Origin: an uncultured Collinsella sp.
GTDB taxonomy: Bacteria; Actinomycetota; Coriobacteriia; Coriobacteriales; Coriobacteriaceae
NCBI GenBank assembly: GCA_900554595.1
Contig: USHZ01000001.1
Span: 1 to 45,609, forward strand
Reading direction: 5' to 3'
DNA: 45,609 nt
Shown here: positions 1-10,409 of the stretch, piece by piece
How the letters are laid out: every line of letters starts with the position of its first letter
Position numbering within the stretch: the stretch's first letter is position 1
Notes under the pieces: generated by a model
The model's database searches: none
What the model was told of the DNA's origin: nothing
Seen by the model: only the letters and a program-made list of their open reading frames with translations
Position numbers and translations under genes: made by a program

Positions 1-2
1 AG

Positions 3-1031
3 CAGATCCTCAAGAACAGCCTGACCACCCTTCCCATGGGCGGCGGCAAGGGCGGTTCCGACTTTGACCCCAAGGGCAAGTCTAACAACGAGATCATGCA
101 CTTCTGCCAGTCCTTCATGACCGAGCTCTATCGCCACATTGGCCCCAACACCGACGTTCCCGCCGGCGACCTGGGCGTTGGCGGCCGCGAGGTTGCCTAC
201 ATGTTCGGTCAGTACAAGCGCCTGACCAACGAGTGGACCGGCGTCCTCACCGGCAAGGGCCTCTCCTTTGGAGGCTCGCTCGCCCGTACCGAGGCCACCG
301 GCTACGGCCTGGTCTACTTTGTGGACGAGTACCTCAAGAGCCGTGGCGACTCCTTCGAGGGCAAGAACGTTGTGGTTCACGGTTCCGGCAACGTCGCCAT
401 CTACGCTGTCCAGAAGGTCTCCCAGCTCGGCGGCAAGGTGCTGGCCTGCTCCGACACCCACGGCTGGGTCGAGGATCCCGACGGCATCGACTACACCGTG
501 CTCGAGCATGTCTACAACAAGAAGCGCTCCGGCCACGACAAGGGCGTCACGCTCGCCATGTACGTCGACGAGAAGCCCAACGCCGTGTGGCACGAGGGCG
601 ACGGCCGTGGCGTGTGGCAGCTGCCCTGCGACATCGCGCTGCCCTGCGCTCGCGAGAACACGCTGCTGCTCGAGGACGCCCAGGCGCTCGTCGCCAACGG
701 CTGCAAGGTGGTCGGCGAGGGCGCGAACATGCCTACGACCATCGAGGCCACGACCTACTTCCAGGAGAACGGCGTCGCCTTTATGCCCGGCAAGGCTGCC
801 AACGCCGGCGGCGTGCTCGTGTCCGGCCTGGAGATGAGCCAGAACGCCGAGCACCTGTCCTGGACCTTCGAGGAGGTCGACGGCAAGCTCGAGCAGCTCA
901 TGCGCGGCATGTTCCACAACGTGGACGACACCGCCAAGGAGTATGGCCAGGAGGGCAACTTTGTCATGGGCGCCAACATCGCCGGCTTCCTGAAGGTCGC
1001 CGACGCCATGCTCGCCCAGGGTGTCTGCTAA
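3..1031 (+). CDS. gdhA: NADP-specific glutamate dehydrogenase (5'-truncated by window)
   Basis: Frame open from window start (QILKNSLTTLPMGGGKGGSDFDPKGKS); motifs DVPAGDLGVG, RTEATGYG, GSGNV, EGANMP, PGKAANAGGV. Confidence 0.97.
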   Translation, partial: QILKNSLTTLPMGGGKGGSDFDPKGKSNNEIMHFCQSFMTELYRHIGPNTDVPAGDLGVGGREVAYMFGQYKRLTNEWTGVLTGKGLSFGGSLARTEATGYGLVYFVDEYLKSRGDSFEGKNVVVHGSGNVAIYAVQKVSQLGGKVLACSDTHGWVEDPDGIDYTVLEHVYNKKRSGHDKGVTLAMYVDEKPNAVWHEGDGRGVWQLPCDIALPCARENTLLLEDAQALVANGCKVVGEGANMPTTIEATTYFQENGVAFMPGKAANAGGVLVSGLEMSQNAEHLSWTFEEVDGKLEQLMRGMFHNVDDTAKEYGQEGNFVMGANIAGFLKVADAMLAQGVC

Positions 1032-1056
1032 ATCTTCGCTCGATATAGCATCGCTG

Positions 1057-1091
1057 AAGGCTCCCAGTCATCTTGGCTTGGAGCCTTTTTT
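1057..1091 (+). terminator. Intrinsic terminator after gdhA
   Basis: AAGGCTCC...GGAGCCTT stem followed by T-run. Confidence 0.75.
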
Positions 1092-1198
1092 GATCCGCAT
1101 GCGACGGAGGAAAACGGTTCATTTTGTCCCGACATGAGCTGTGCCCCCTCGTTTGGTACACTTAAAGGTACTGGACAAGTGAAGAGATGGGGGAGAAC

Positions 1199-2101
1199 GT
1201 GCTCAAGTTCGGTACCTACGTCCGTGTTGGAAACGCGGCCGAAGCCTATGAGCTCTTGCAGAAGAACCGCAACAACAAGATTGTGGGCGGCGGCATCTGG
1301 ATGCGCCTGGGTTCGCGTCGTGTGGCGACGGCGATTGACCTTTCGGCCTGTGGACTTGATCAGATCGAGGAGACCGAGACCGAGTTTCGCATCGGTGCCA
1401 TGTGTACCCTGCGCCAGCTCGAGCGGCATGCCGAGCTCAACGCGCTTGTCAACCATGTCTTTGAGTTCGCCGTCCACGATATCGTGGGCGTGCAGCTGCG
1501 CAACACCGCCACGGTGGGCGGCAGCATCTACGGTCGCTTTGGTTTCTCGGACGTGCTCTCGGCATTTTTGGCGCTCGATTCGTACGTTGAGCTGACGGGG
1601 GCCGGCCGCGTGCCGCTCGCCGAGTTCGTGGACATGGGCTACGTGCGCGACGTGATCGAGCACATCGTGGTCGTTAAGCACGATTACCGCGCGAGCTACG
1701 AGGCCGTGCGCAAGGCCGCGACCGACTTCCCCTCCTTAAACGTTACCGCCGCCTGGTGGGACAACAGCTGGCATGTCACCGTGGGCGCCCGTCCGCTGCG
1801 CGCGACCCTGCTGCAGGGCGAGGCATGTGGCCTTACCGCCGAGCAGCCTTCCGAGGACGAGCTGCGTGCCCTGGCCGCGTCCGTACGCGCGCTGAGCTAC
1901 GGCACTAACCTCTGGGGCTCGGCCGACTACCGCCGCCGCATCTCGGCCCCGCTGGCGATTCAGGCCGTGCGTCGCGCCGCCGGCATCGAGCTTTCGGCTG
2001 CGCTTGCCCGCGAGCTCGAGACCGTGCAAGTGCCTAAGTTTGCCACGGACGAGTATTCCTGCCGCCGCGTGCCCGGCGTCGATTCTAGCGAGGTGCGCTA
2101 A
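1199..2101 (+). CDS. FAD-binding subunit of xanthine dehydrogenase-family molybdenum hydroxylase (YgfM-like)
   Basis: IVGGGIW, IGAMCTL, QLRNTATVGGS, final GSADYRR motifs; GTG start chosen after GGGAG; stop TAA overlaps next ATG (TAATG). Confidence 0.88.
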   Translation: MLKFGTYVRVGNAAEAYELLQKNRNNKIVGGGIWMRLGSRRVATAIDLSACGLDQIEETETEFRIGAMCTLRQLERHAELNALVNHVFEFAVHDIVGVQLRNTATVGGSIYGRFGFSDVLSAFLALDSYVELTGAGRVPLAEFVDMGYVRDVIEHIVVVKHDYRASYEAVRKAATDFPSLNVTAAWWDNSWHVTVGARPLRATLLQGEACGLTAEQPSEDELRALAASVRALSYGTNLWGSADYRRRISAPLAIQAVRRAAGIELSAALARELETVQVPKFATDEYSCRRVPGVDSSEVR

Positions 2102-4932
2102 TGGCTGCCAAACTCATCGATCTTTCCTTTGCGCTCAACGGCCGCAAGGTCAAGGTTCAGATTGCCCCCGATACCATGCTCTTTTCGCTTTTGCGTGAGC
2201 AGGGTTGCGCGTCGGTGCGCTGTGCCTGCGAAACCACCAACTGCGGCCTGTGCACGGTGTGGCTCGACGGCGACCCGGTGCTGAGCTGCTCGGTTCCCGC
2301 GGCACGCGTCGAGGGCCACACCATCACCACGCTCGAGGGTCTCAAGGCCGAGTCCGAGGCGCTCGCCCGCGCTATGGCTGCCGAAGGCGCCGAGCAGTGC
2401 GGTTTTTGCGCCCCCGGCCTCATCATGAACGTGCTGGCGCTCGCCCGCGCCGCCAAGGAGGACCCGAGCCTCGTCGCCACGCGCGAGGAACTCTCGCGCC
2501 AGCTGGCCGGCAACCTCTGCCGTTGCAGCGGCTACGAGAGCCAGCTGCGCGCCATCGTCCGCTTCCTTAACGAGTCTGGCGTACAGGTGGGCTTTGAGAT
2601 GCCCGAGCTGCCGGTCAACGACACCAGCTGCGACGGCGTCACCTACAAGCAAATCACCCATAAGCAGCCCAAGAAGGACTCGAAGGCCCTGCTCGAGGGC
2701 CGTCCCGTCTACACGGGCGATATGGTGCCCGCCGGCGCGCTCATCGTTAAGCTCAAGCGCAGCCCCTATGCCCGTGCCAAGATCCGCTCCATCGATACGT
2801 CTCGCGCATTGAAGGTGCCGGGCGTCGTGGGCGTCTACACCTACGAGGACGTGCCCAAGCGCCGCTTTACCATTGCCGGCCAGAGCTATCCGCAGCCGAG
2901 TCCCTACGACCGCCTGATCCTCGAGAACCTCGTCCGTTACCAAAACGAAGAGGTGGCGATCGTCGCCGCCGAGACCGAGGAGGCCGCCGACAAGGCGCTC
3001 AAGCTCATCAAGGTCGACTACGAGGTGCTCGAGCCGCTGCTCGACTTTACCCAGGCACTCGATAACGACATCGTGGTCCATCCCGAGGGCGACGTGACCT
3101 TTATGTTCCCGCAGGGCGGTGATGTCCCGCGCAACCTGGTGTGCAGCGGTACCAGCGATTATGGCGACCTGGACGAGGCCTTCGCCCAGAGCGACATCGT
3201 CTTTGAGCGCACTTACACCAGCCAGGCCACCCAGACCGCGCCCATGGAGACCTTCCGTGCCTTCGCGACGACCGACGCCTTCGGCCGCATCTCGGTGACC
3301 ACCTCTACACAGGTGCCCTTCCACGTGCGCCGCATGGTTGCGCAGTCGCTCGACATTCCGCAGTCGCAGGTGCAGGTTATTAAGCCCCGCATCGGTGGCG
3401 GCTTTGGCTCCAAGCAGACGGGCTGCTGCGAGATCTTCGTGGCGTTCGTTACCCAGCAGACCGGCCGTCCGAGCTACTGCTGCTACACCCGCGAGGAGAC
3501 CATCACCGCGGGCAACTCGCGCCACCAGATGCAGATGACCGTCAAGCTGGGCGCCATGAACGACGGCACCATCACGGCCATCGATCTGCATACGCTGTCC
3601 AACGCCGGCGCGTACGGCGAGCACGCCACCACGACGATCGGCCTTTCGGGCCACAAGAGCCTGCCCATCTACAACCATGTGAAGGCGAGCCGCTTTAGGT
3701 GGGACGCCGTCTACACCAACACCAACCGCGGCGGCGCGTATCGCGGCTACGGTGCCACCCAGGGCCAGTTTGCCGTGGAGAGTGCCGTCAACGAGCTCGC
3801 TGACAGGCTGCACATGGACCCCGCCGACCTGCGCCTTAAGAACATGGTGCACGAGGGCGAGGTCATGCCGCAGTACTACAACGAGAAGCTCAACGCCTGC
3901 GCGCTCGACCGCTGCCTGCTGCGCGCGATGGACATGATCGGCTGGCGCGACAAGCCACTAGCCGTCGACCTGGGCGACCGCGTGCGCGCCCTGGGCTGCG
4001 CGCTCACCATGCAGGGCTCGGGTATCTCCAACGTGGACATCGCCGGCATCGACATGCGCCTGGAAGAGGATGGTTTCATTTCCATCGGCACCGGCGCCAC
4101 CGATAACGGCATGGGCGTTGACACGATCCTGGCGCAGATTGCCGCCGAGGAGTTGGGCGTGGAAAGCTCGCTGATCGTGGTGCGCGGCGTGGACACCGAT
4201 GTGTCGCCGTTCGACGCCGGCTCGTACGCGAGCTCGGGCACGTATGTGACGGGTCTGGCAGCCAAGAACGCCGCGGCCGAGCTGCGGGAGAAGATCTGCG
4301 CCAAGGCCGCCCAGATGTGGGACGTGGATGCCACCGATGTGGTCTTTGATGGTCAATACGTGCGCCTGTCCGACGAGCGTGCCGCGCGCGAGCAGAACCG
4401 CTACCTCACGCTGCGCGACTTTGCCAACCTGTGCGTCAAGAACATCGCGGGCGGCGACGCGCTGACCTCGCACGCTTCTGCCTGCCTGCCCGTTTCGCCT
4501 CCGCCGTTTATGGCCGGCATTGCCGAGGTCGAGGTCGACAAGGCCACCGGCAAGGTGACTGTGGTGGACTATGCGGCGGCTGTGGACTGCGGCACCGTGA
4601 TTAACGAGGCGCTCGCGCGCGTTCAGGCCGAGGGCGGCATTGCCCAGGGCATTGGCCACGCGCTTTACGAGATTGTCGAGCACGATGACCGCGGCCGCCT
4701 GCGCACCGGCAACTTTATGAGCTACAAGCTGCCCACGCGCCTGGATATCGGCAGAATTCGCGTGGCCTTTGAGCCGAGCTACGAGCCGACGGGTCCGTTT
4801 GGCGCCAAGTCGATCGGCGAGGTCGTTATCAACACGCCGCTCGCCGCCGTGGCCTCGGCCGTCGCACACGCCACGGGCCACCAGGTCCGCTCGCTGCCGA
4901 TCACGCCGGAGAAAGCGCTGCTGGGGGAATAG
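2101..4932 (+). CDS. Xanthine/aldehyde oxidoreductase-family molybdopterin subunit fused to N-terminal 2x[2Fe-2S] domain (XdhD-like)
   Basis: CETTNCGLCTV, QCGFCAPG, GNLCRC Fe-S motifs; IGGGFGSK, AYRGYG, GPFGAKSIGE Moco-domain motifs; 943 aa. Confidence 0.92.
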   Translation: MAAKLIDLSFALNGRKVKVQIAPDTMLFSLLREQGCASVRCACETTNCGLCTVWLDGDPVLSCSVPAARVEGHTITTLEGLKAESEALARAMAAEGAEQCGFCAPGLIMNVLALARAAKEDPSLVATREELSRQLAGNLCRCSGYESQLRAIVRFLNESGVQVGFEMPELPVNDTSCDGVTYKQITHKQPKKDSKALLEGRPVYTGDMVPAGALIVKLKRSPYARAKIRSIDTSRALKVPGVVGVYTYEDVPKRRFTIAGQSYPQPSPYDRLILENLVRYQNEEVAIVAAETEEAADKALKLIKVDYEVLEPLLDFTQALDNDIVVHPEGDVTFMFPQGGDVPRNLVCSGTSDYGDLDEAFAQSDIVFERTYTSQATQTAPMETFRAFATTDAFGRISVTTSTQVPFHVRRMVAQSLDIPQSQVQVIKPRIGGGFGSKQTGCCEIFVAFVTQQTGRPSYCCYTREETITAGNSRHQMQMTVKLGAMNDGTITAIDLHTLSNAGAYGEHATTTIGLSGHKSLPIYNHVKASRFRWDAVYTNTNRGGAYRGYGATQGQFAVESAVNELADRLHMDPADLRLKNMVHEGEVMPQYYNEKLNACALDRCLLRAMDMIGWRDKPLAVDLGDRVRALGCALTMQGSGISNVDIAGIDMRLEEDGFISIGTGATDNGMGVDTILAQIAAEELGVESSLIVVRGVDTDVSPFDAGSYASSGTYVTGLAAKNAAAELREKICAKAAQMWDVDATDVVFDGQYVRLSDERAAREQNRYLTLRDFANLCVKNIAGGDALTSHASACLPVSPPPFMAGIAEVEVDKATGKVTVVDYAAAVDCGTVINEALARVQAEGGIAQGIGHALYEIVEHDDRGRLRTGNFMSYKLPTRLDIGRIRVAFEPSYEPTGPFGAKSIGEVVINTPLAAVASAVAHATGHQVRSLPITPEKALLGE

Positions 4933-5072
4933 CGGGTCAGCGAACAAGTCGTAATTGGCGGGACGGGGCAACTCGTTCCGCCTTTCGCACTCGTGGTGAG
5001 GTCGTGAGCCTGTAAAACGTGTGCGTGCGCTTGCCGTTCGTATCTGCTATCATTCCTAGTCTGTGCGCTCAT

Positions 5073-5156
5073 GCGGGCGTGGCGGAATTGGTAGACGCGC
5101 CAGATTTAGGTTCTGGTGGGATTCCCGTGAAGGTTCGAGTCCTTTCGCCCGCACCA
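5073..5156 (+). tRNA. tRNA-Leu (anticodon TAG)
   Basis: GCGGGCG/CGCCCGC acceptor stem, CCAGA-TTTAGGT-TCTGG anticodon arm, long variable arm, GGTTCGAGTCC T-arm, encoded CCA. Confidence 0.97.
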
Positions 5157-5247
5157 ACGCATCTGCGTCGGCTTCGGCCGTCGCGACTCTTTGTTGCATA
5201 AAGGTACCAGCACCTCAGATAAGCTGGGCAGTATGAGGAGGAACGTG

Positions 5248-6546
5248 TTGAACATCACCGCTTCTGACGTCAAGGACGCCAAGCTCACCGCTACGGTCAC
5301 CATCCCGGCCGCCGACGTCGACGCCGCGATCAAGAAGGCCTACAAGGACACCGCCAAGAAGTACCGTTTCCCGGGCTTCCGCGCCGGCAAGGCTCCCCGT
5401 CCGGTCATCGATTCCGCCCTGGGCGCCGAGGCTACCCTCGCTCAGGCTACCAACGACCTGATCGCCGCCAACGAGCCCGCTGTCCTCAACGAGCTGGACA
5501 TCGTCCCCACCAAGAACGGTGACTACAAGGAGCTCGACCTCGCCAAGGATCACGAGGACTACACCTACACCGTCGAGTTCTCCCTGCGTCCTGCCGCCGA
5601 GCTCTCCTCCTTCGACGCCGTCGAGATCGAGATGCCTCCCGCGGAGGTCACTGAGTCCGAGATCAACAACCAGGTCGAGATGCTCCTCAACTACCGTGCC
5701 ACCTTCGAGGACGTCGAGGGTCGCGCCGTCGAGGCCGAGGACTACGTCACCGTCGACCTCAAGGCCGTCGAGAACGCCGACAACTTTGCCGCCGAGGGCC
5801 GCATGCTCATCGCCGGTAGCGACAGCAACCCCAAGGAGTTCAACGAGGCCCTGATCGGCGCTAACGTTGACGACGTCAAGACCGTCACCTGGACCGACGA
5901 GGTCGAGGAGGGCGAGGAGGCCGAGACCCACACCGTCGAGGTCACCGTCAAGGGCATCAAGGTCCGCAACACCCCCGAGCTCACCGACGAGCTCGTCAAG
6001 TCCGACTTTGGCTTCGACAGCATCGACGCCATGCGCGACGCCATCAAGATCGAGATCGAGCAGGACAAGGCTTCCCGCCTCCCGGCCGAGAAGGAGAACC
6101 GTTGCGTCTCCGCTCTCGCCGAGCGCCTGCAGCTCGACGAGATGGATGCCGACTACGAGCAGTCCGTCTTTGAGGAGCTTGGCCAGAACTTCCTGTCCAA
6201 CCTCGCTGCCCGCGGCATGACCCTCGACACCTGGCTGCCGGCTTCCGGCCTGACCATGGAGCAGTTCATCGGCGACCTGCACAAGCAGGCCAACGACGTT
6301 GCCCGTGAGTCCCTGGCGCTCGACGCCCTCGCCCGTGAGCTCAAGATCGAGGTCACCGAGGACGACATTAACGCCGAGTTCGAGAAGGCTGGCGTCAAGG
6401 ACGTCGAGGCTTCCAAGGCCGAGTTCATCGCCGATGGCCGCATACCTGCCGTCCGCGAGTCCATCCGTCGCTCCAAGGCCGTCGACCACCTGGTCGAGAA
6501 CGCCAAGGTGACCGAGGTCGACGAGACCGCCAAGGACGTCGAGTAA
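5248..6546 (+). CDS. tig: Trigger factor
   Basis: PGFRAGKAP ribosome-binding motif, acidic composition, tig-clpP-clpX order; TTG start after GAGGAGG (GTG 5245 also possible). Confidence 0.95.
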   Translation: MNITASDVKDAKLTATVTIPAADVDAAIKKAYKDTAKKYRFPGFRAGKAPRPVIDSALGAEATLAQATNDLIAANEPAVLNELDIVPTKNGDYKELDLAKDHEDYTYTVEFSLRPAAELSSFDAVEIEMPPAEVTESEINNQVEMLLNYRATFEDVEGRAVEAEDYVTVDLKAVENADNFAAEGRMLIAGSDSNPKEFNEALIGANVDDVKTVTWTDEVEEGEEAETHTVEVTVKGIKVRNTPELTDELVKSDFGFDSIDAMRDAIKIEIEQDKASRLPAEKENRCVSALAERLQLDEMDADYEQSVFEELGQNFLSNLAARGMTLDTWLPASGLTMEQFIGDLHKQANDVARESLALDALARELKIEVTEDDINAEFEKAGVKDVEASKAEFIADGRIPAVRESIRRSKAVDHLVENAKVTEVDETAKDVE

Positions 6547-6709
6547 TTCTCGCCACCTTGCCCGCGAGCGCATGCATGTGCCCGTGATGGGGTAAAGTTA
6601 TACACCGGTTATCCGGTTGCTTCGTACGGTGCCAGCCAATGCATAGCATGCGGGCACCGTACGTTTATCTAGAACCAATTTGGTCCGCAAGAGAGAAATG
6701 GAGATGCGT

Positions 6710-7330
6710 ATGATCGCTAAGTTCGATTCCGCCCTCGTGCCATACGTTATCGAGCAGACGCCGCGCGGCGAGCGCAGCTACGATATCTATTCGCGCCTGC
6801 TCAACGACCGCATCATCTTCTTGGGCGAGGAGATCAACTCCGTCAGCGCCAACCTGGTCGTTGCCCAGCTGCTGCATCTTGAGAGCCAGGATGCCGAGAA
6901 GGATATCTCGCTCTACATCAATTCGCCCGGTGGCGAGGTCTACTCCGGCCTGGCGATTCTTGACACCATGAACTTCATTAAGCCGCAGGTTTCCACCATC
7001 TGTGTGGGCATGGCTGCATCCATGGCCGCCGTGCTGCTTTCGGCCGGCGCCAAGGGCAAGCGCTTCTGCTTGCCGCATTCCAAGGTCATGATTCACCAGC
7101 CCAGCGGCGGTGCCCAGGGCCAGCAGACCGAGATCGAGATCGTGGCCGAAGAGATCAAGAAGACTCGCCGCGAGCTCAACCAGATCCTGTCCGACGCCTC
7201 GGGCCAGCCGATCGAGAAGGTCCAGGCCGATACCGAGCGCGACAACTACCTGACCGCTGCCGAGGCCCTCGACTACGGCCTGATTGACCGTATCGTCACC
7301 TCGCGCGACCTCGCCGCGAAGGACGCCTAG
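6710..7330 (+). CDS. clpP: ATP-dependent Clp protease proteolytic subunit
   Basis: [21 protein letters not shown] (catalytic Ser), MIHQP. Confidence 0.97.
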   Translation: MIAKFDSALVPYVIEQTPRGERSYDIYSRLLNDRIIFLGEEINSVSANLVVAQLLHLESQDAEKDISLYINSPGGEVYSGLAILDTMNFIKPQVSTICVGMAASMAAVLLSAGAKGKRFCLPHSKVMIHQPSGGAQGQQTEIEIVAEEIKKTRRELNQILSDASGQPIEKVQADTERDNYLTAAEALDYGLIDRIVTSRDLAAKDA

Positions 7331-7331
7331 T

Positions 7332-8744
7332 ATGGCAGGTAACATGCAGGACAACTTTGACGAGAACGGCAACCCCATCCGCTGCTCCTTCTGCGGAAAA
7401 GAGCAGGGCCAGGTCCGTCGTCTCGTAAAGGGCCCGACCAACATCTTTATCTGCGACGAGTGCGTCGCCGCCTGCTCCGAGATCCTTGAGGAGTCGCTGG
7501 CTTCGGACTTTATGGACGCCGCCCGCAACGGCAATCTCCCGGGTTTCCTCAACGACCACGGCCAGGCTGCGACCCAGCCCGCTGTTGACCCCGAGGCCGA
7601 GGGCTTTGAGCTCGAGGACGACCGTCAGGTCATCACGCACGTGCCGACGCCGCACGAGATTTATGACGAGCTTTCGGCCTATGTCATGGGCCAGGAAGAC
7701 GCCAAGCGCGCCATGTCGGTTGCCGTGTACAACCACTATCGCCGCGTGATCGAGGGCGGCGCCGCGGTGTCCGCCTTTAACGAAGCCTCGGGTATGGGCG
7801 GCCAGTTTGACGACGATATGGACGAGGTGGAGCTTGCCAAGTCCAATATTCTGCTGCTCGGCCCGACCGGTACCGGCAAGACGCTGCTGGCCCAGACGCT
7901 CGCGCGCATCCTCGAGGTGCCGTTTGCCATTGCCGATGCCACCGCGCTCACCGAGGCCGGTTACGTTGGCGAGGACGTGGAGAACATCCTGCTCAAGCTT
8001 ATCAATGCTGCCGATGGCGACATTGAGCGCGCGCAGGTGGGCATCATCTACGTGGACGAGATCGATAAGATCGCCCGCAAGGCAGAGAACCTCTCCATCA
8101 CCCGTGATGTTTCGGGCGAGGGTGTTCAGCAGGCACTGCTTAAGATTCTTGAGGGCACGGTGGCCAGCGTTCCGCCCACCGGCGGCCGCAAACATCCCCA
8201 GCAGGAGCTGCTGCAGATCGACACGACGAACATCCTGTTCATCTGCGGCGGTGCCTTTGTGGGTCTGGATAAGATCATCGCCGATCGCGTGGGCAACAAG
8301 GGCGTGGGCTTTAACTCCGAGATCGCCGGCCCCACCTCGGTCGATGAGAACGACCTACTGCGCCAGGTGCTCCCGCAAGACCTCAACGCCTTTGGCATGA
8401 TCCCCGAGTTTGTGGGCCGCACGCCCGTCGTCACCCAGACGCAGGCGCTCGACGAGGACGACCTGGTGTCGATCCTGACCGAGCCCAAGAACGCCGTGGT
8501 GCGTCAGTACCGTAAGATGTTCCAGCTCGAGGACGTCGATCTTGAGTTTGAGGACGCGGCCCTGCACGAGATCGCCCGCATGGCGCTCGCCCGCAAGACC
8601 GGCGCCCGCGGCCTGCGCGCCATCTGCGAGGATGTGCTGCAGCAGACGATGTTCGACCTCCCCAGCGAGGAGGGCGTTGCCAAGGTCGTCGTAACCGAAG
8701 CCGCCGTCAAGGGCGAAGAACAGCCCCAGCGCATCTACGGCTAG
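7332..8744 (+). CDS. clpX: ATP-dependent Clp protease ATP-binding subunit
   Basis: CSFC...CDEC zinc finger, GPTGTGKT Walker [19 protein letters not shown]. Confidence 0.97.
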   Translation: MAGNMQDNFDENGNPIRCSFCGKEQGQVRRLVKGPTNIFICDECVAACSEILEESLASDFMDAARNGNLPGFLNDHGQAATQPAVDPEAEGFELEDDRQVITHVPTPHEIYDELSAYVMGQEDAKRAMSVAVYNHYRRVIEGGAAVSAFNEASGMGGQFDDDMDEVELAKSNILLLGPTGTGKTLLAQTLARILEVPFAIADATALTEAGYVGEDVENILLKLINAADGDIERAQVGIIYVDEIDKIARKAENLSITRDVSGEGVQQALLKILEGTVASVPPTGGRKHPQQELLQIDTTNILFICGGAFVGLDKIIADRVGNKGVGFNSEIAGPTSVDENDLLRQVLPQDLNAFGMIPEFVGRTPVVTQTQALDEDDLVSILTEPKNAVVRQYRKMFQLEDVDLEFEDAALHEIARMALARKTGARGLRAICEDVLQQTMFDLPSEEGVAKVVVTEAAVKGEEQPQRIYG

Positions 8745-8765
8745 TCCTGCCTAAAACGTGTTTGC

Positions 8766-8802
8766 AAATAGCCTCCGACCACCTGCGGTCGGAGGCTATT
8801 TT
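8766..8802. terminator. Intrinsic terminator after clpX (possibly bidirectional)
   Basis: AAATAGCCTCCGACC / GGTCGGAGGCTATTT perfect 15-bp stem. Confidence 0.8.
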
Positions 8803-9028
8803 ATATATACGCAATAACCCCAACTACCTGTGTTATTCTGTGTGGTTGTTTAAGCCTCGGCGAAGTCATTCAGACTGAAGTAATCGATACCTAAGGGGAG
8901 GAATGTAGGCCCGATTTTCGTAGATTCCGCACGAGCCGAAGACCACGTAATGTGCTTTCCGAGCGAGCCCAGGACCTGACCGAACGAAAAACTTACCCGC
9001 CTCGCCCGGCCAGGTCCGACGAGCAACG

Positions 9029-9856
9029 TTAACGTGCCGCCAAGATGGCGTCGATGAGCGTCAGTACGCCCCCGTCGTTGTTGCTTGGAATGCGCCACTT
9101 AGCATGCGCGTTCATATGCTCCTCGGCATTGTCCACGATAAAGCTGTGACCGACGCGCTCGAGCATGGGGATGTCGTTGTAGGTATCGCCCGCGGCGGCG
9201 GCATCGGCAATATCGATGCCCAAGTGCTCGCACAGGTGCGCGACGCCGGCGCCCTTGTCGACACCCAGGTTCATAAAGTCGATCCACTCGCGCCCGGCGT
9301 TGGTGACGTAGAGCTTGTCCGAGAACTCGGGGCTATAGGTCTCGCGGAAAGCGGGCTCGGCGTCGTAGCCGGGGAAGAAGACCGAAATCTTGTTGGACTC
9401 GATATCAAGGCCCTCAAAGCTGTCGACGTAGTTGATTGTGTTGTAGTAGACGCTGATCTCGTCGTGGTACTGATGGTCGCGGGCAAGCACGTAGAACTCG
9501 TCGAAGCAGCACAGGACGGGGACAGCGCGCGGATCCTCCGAGGCGCGGCTCAAGACCTGCTGGTACAGCTCCACGTCGATAATGCTCTTATAGATATAGC
9601 GGCCGCGATAGATGACGCAGGCTCCGTTGTCGGGACAAAAAGCAAGGCGGTTCTTAATACCCTCGAACATTTCCTCGAGTTTGGGGGCAGGGCGTCCGCT
9701 GGCGGGGCAGAACACGATGCCAGCCTCGGCGAGCTTGTCCAGGCGCTCATCAAGACCCTGCGGCAACACACGCTCGTCGGTGAGCAGCGTCTTGTCCATA
9801 TCGACGGCGAGAATCTTAATGTTTCCGATATTGGTGTCCGATTCGTAAGTTTGCAT
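9029..9856 (-). CDS. Cof-type HAD-IIB hydrolase
   Basis: DMDKTLL motif I, ASGR, DKGAG, GDTYND motif IV. Confidence 0.92.
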   Translation of the reverse strand: MQTYESDTNIGNIKILAVDMDKTLLTDERVLPQGLDERLDKLAEAGIVFCPASGRPAPKLEEMFEGIKNRLAFCPDNGACVIYRGRYIYKSIIDVELYQQVLSRASEDPRAVPVLCCFDEFYVLARDHQYHDEISVYYNTINYVDSFEGLDIESNKISVFFPGYDAEPAFRETYSPEFSDKLYVTNAGREWIDFMNLGVDKGAGVAHLCEHLGIDIADAAAAGDTYNDIPMLERVGHSFIVDNAEEHMNAHAKWRIPSNNDGGVLTLIDAILAAR

Positions 9857-10409
9857 AAAAGCGCGCCTTTCGTTTCGAAATTGTTTCAGACGTTATAACC
9901 ATCAACCAGTAACCGAGCGTATTGTCGCAGGAACGGAGCGAATTTGCACTGCAATTCACAAACTAATGAAAAAACTTTTCAGAAATTTGAATTTGTCGCT
10001 TGTACAGCAGGCACTTTAGCGTAATATAGCGACCATCAAAAACGGAGACGGCAAAAGCACCGCTTACCGAGGAAAAGGTACCGTTTGCGATATTTGAATT
10101 GCGCCCGGCGATACGTGAAAGGAGAGGCAGATGCAGTTCGTACAGATCATCACCACTGCAGACAATGCCCTCCGACGCCAGCGCGCAATTTCCCGACGAC
10201 GATAACAATCGTCTCTGTTCGTATGGGGTGAAATGCCCCAACAGAGTCATTTTGAGGTCGTTGGGTTTTAGCACGACATAGACGCATGTTTCTAGGGCAT
10301 GTTGTGCTGCTTTTTGCTATTTAACCTGATATTGCACGGTTTTTGACCTCGAAATGACTTGCAACTGACCGATGTTCTAACTAGCTACCAAGGGCGAAAG
10401 GAAACAGCC

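Noticed and set aside
2098..3852. Long antisense/alternate-frame ORFs (e.g. 2098-3852, 5215-6573, 10377-11681, 28340-30001, 38807-40303, 42065-43405)
   Set aside because: They shadow well-supported genes in high-GC DNA and show no recognisable motifs.
8972..9017. Hairpin after the Cof hydrolase as another repeat-family member
   Set aside because: A 16-bp stem with G-U pairs on the minus strand right after the stop codon; adequately explained as a 3' terminator or stability hairpin.
9963..10274. 103-aa minus-strand ORF, and ARG boxes upstream of argG
   Set aside because: No motifs or SD and atypical composition; the TGAAAAAACTTTTCA dyad has the wrong spacing for an ARG box.
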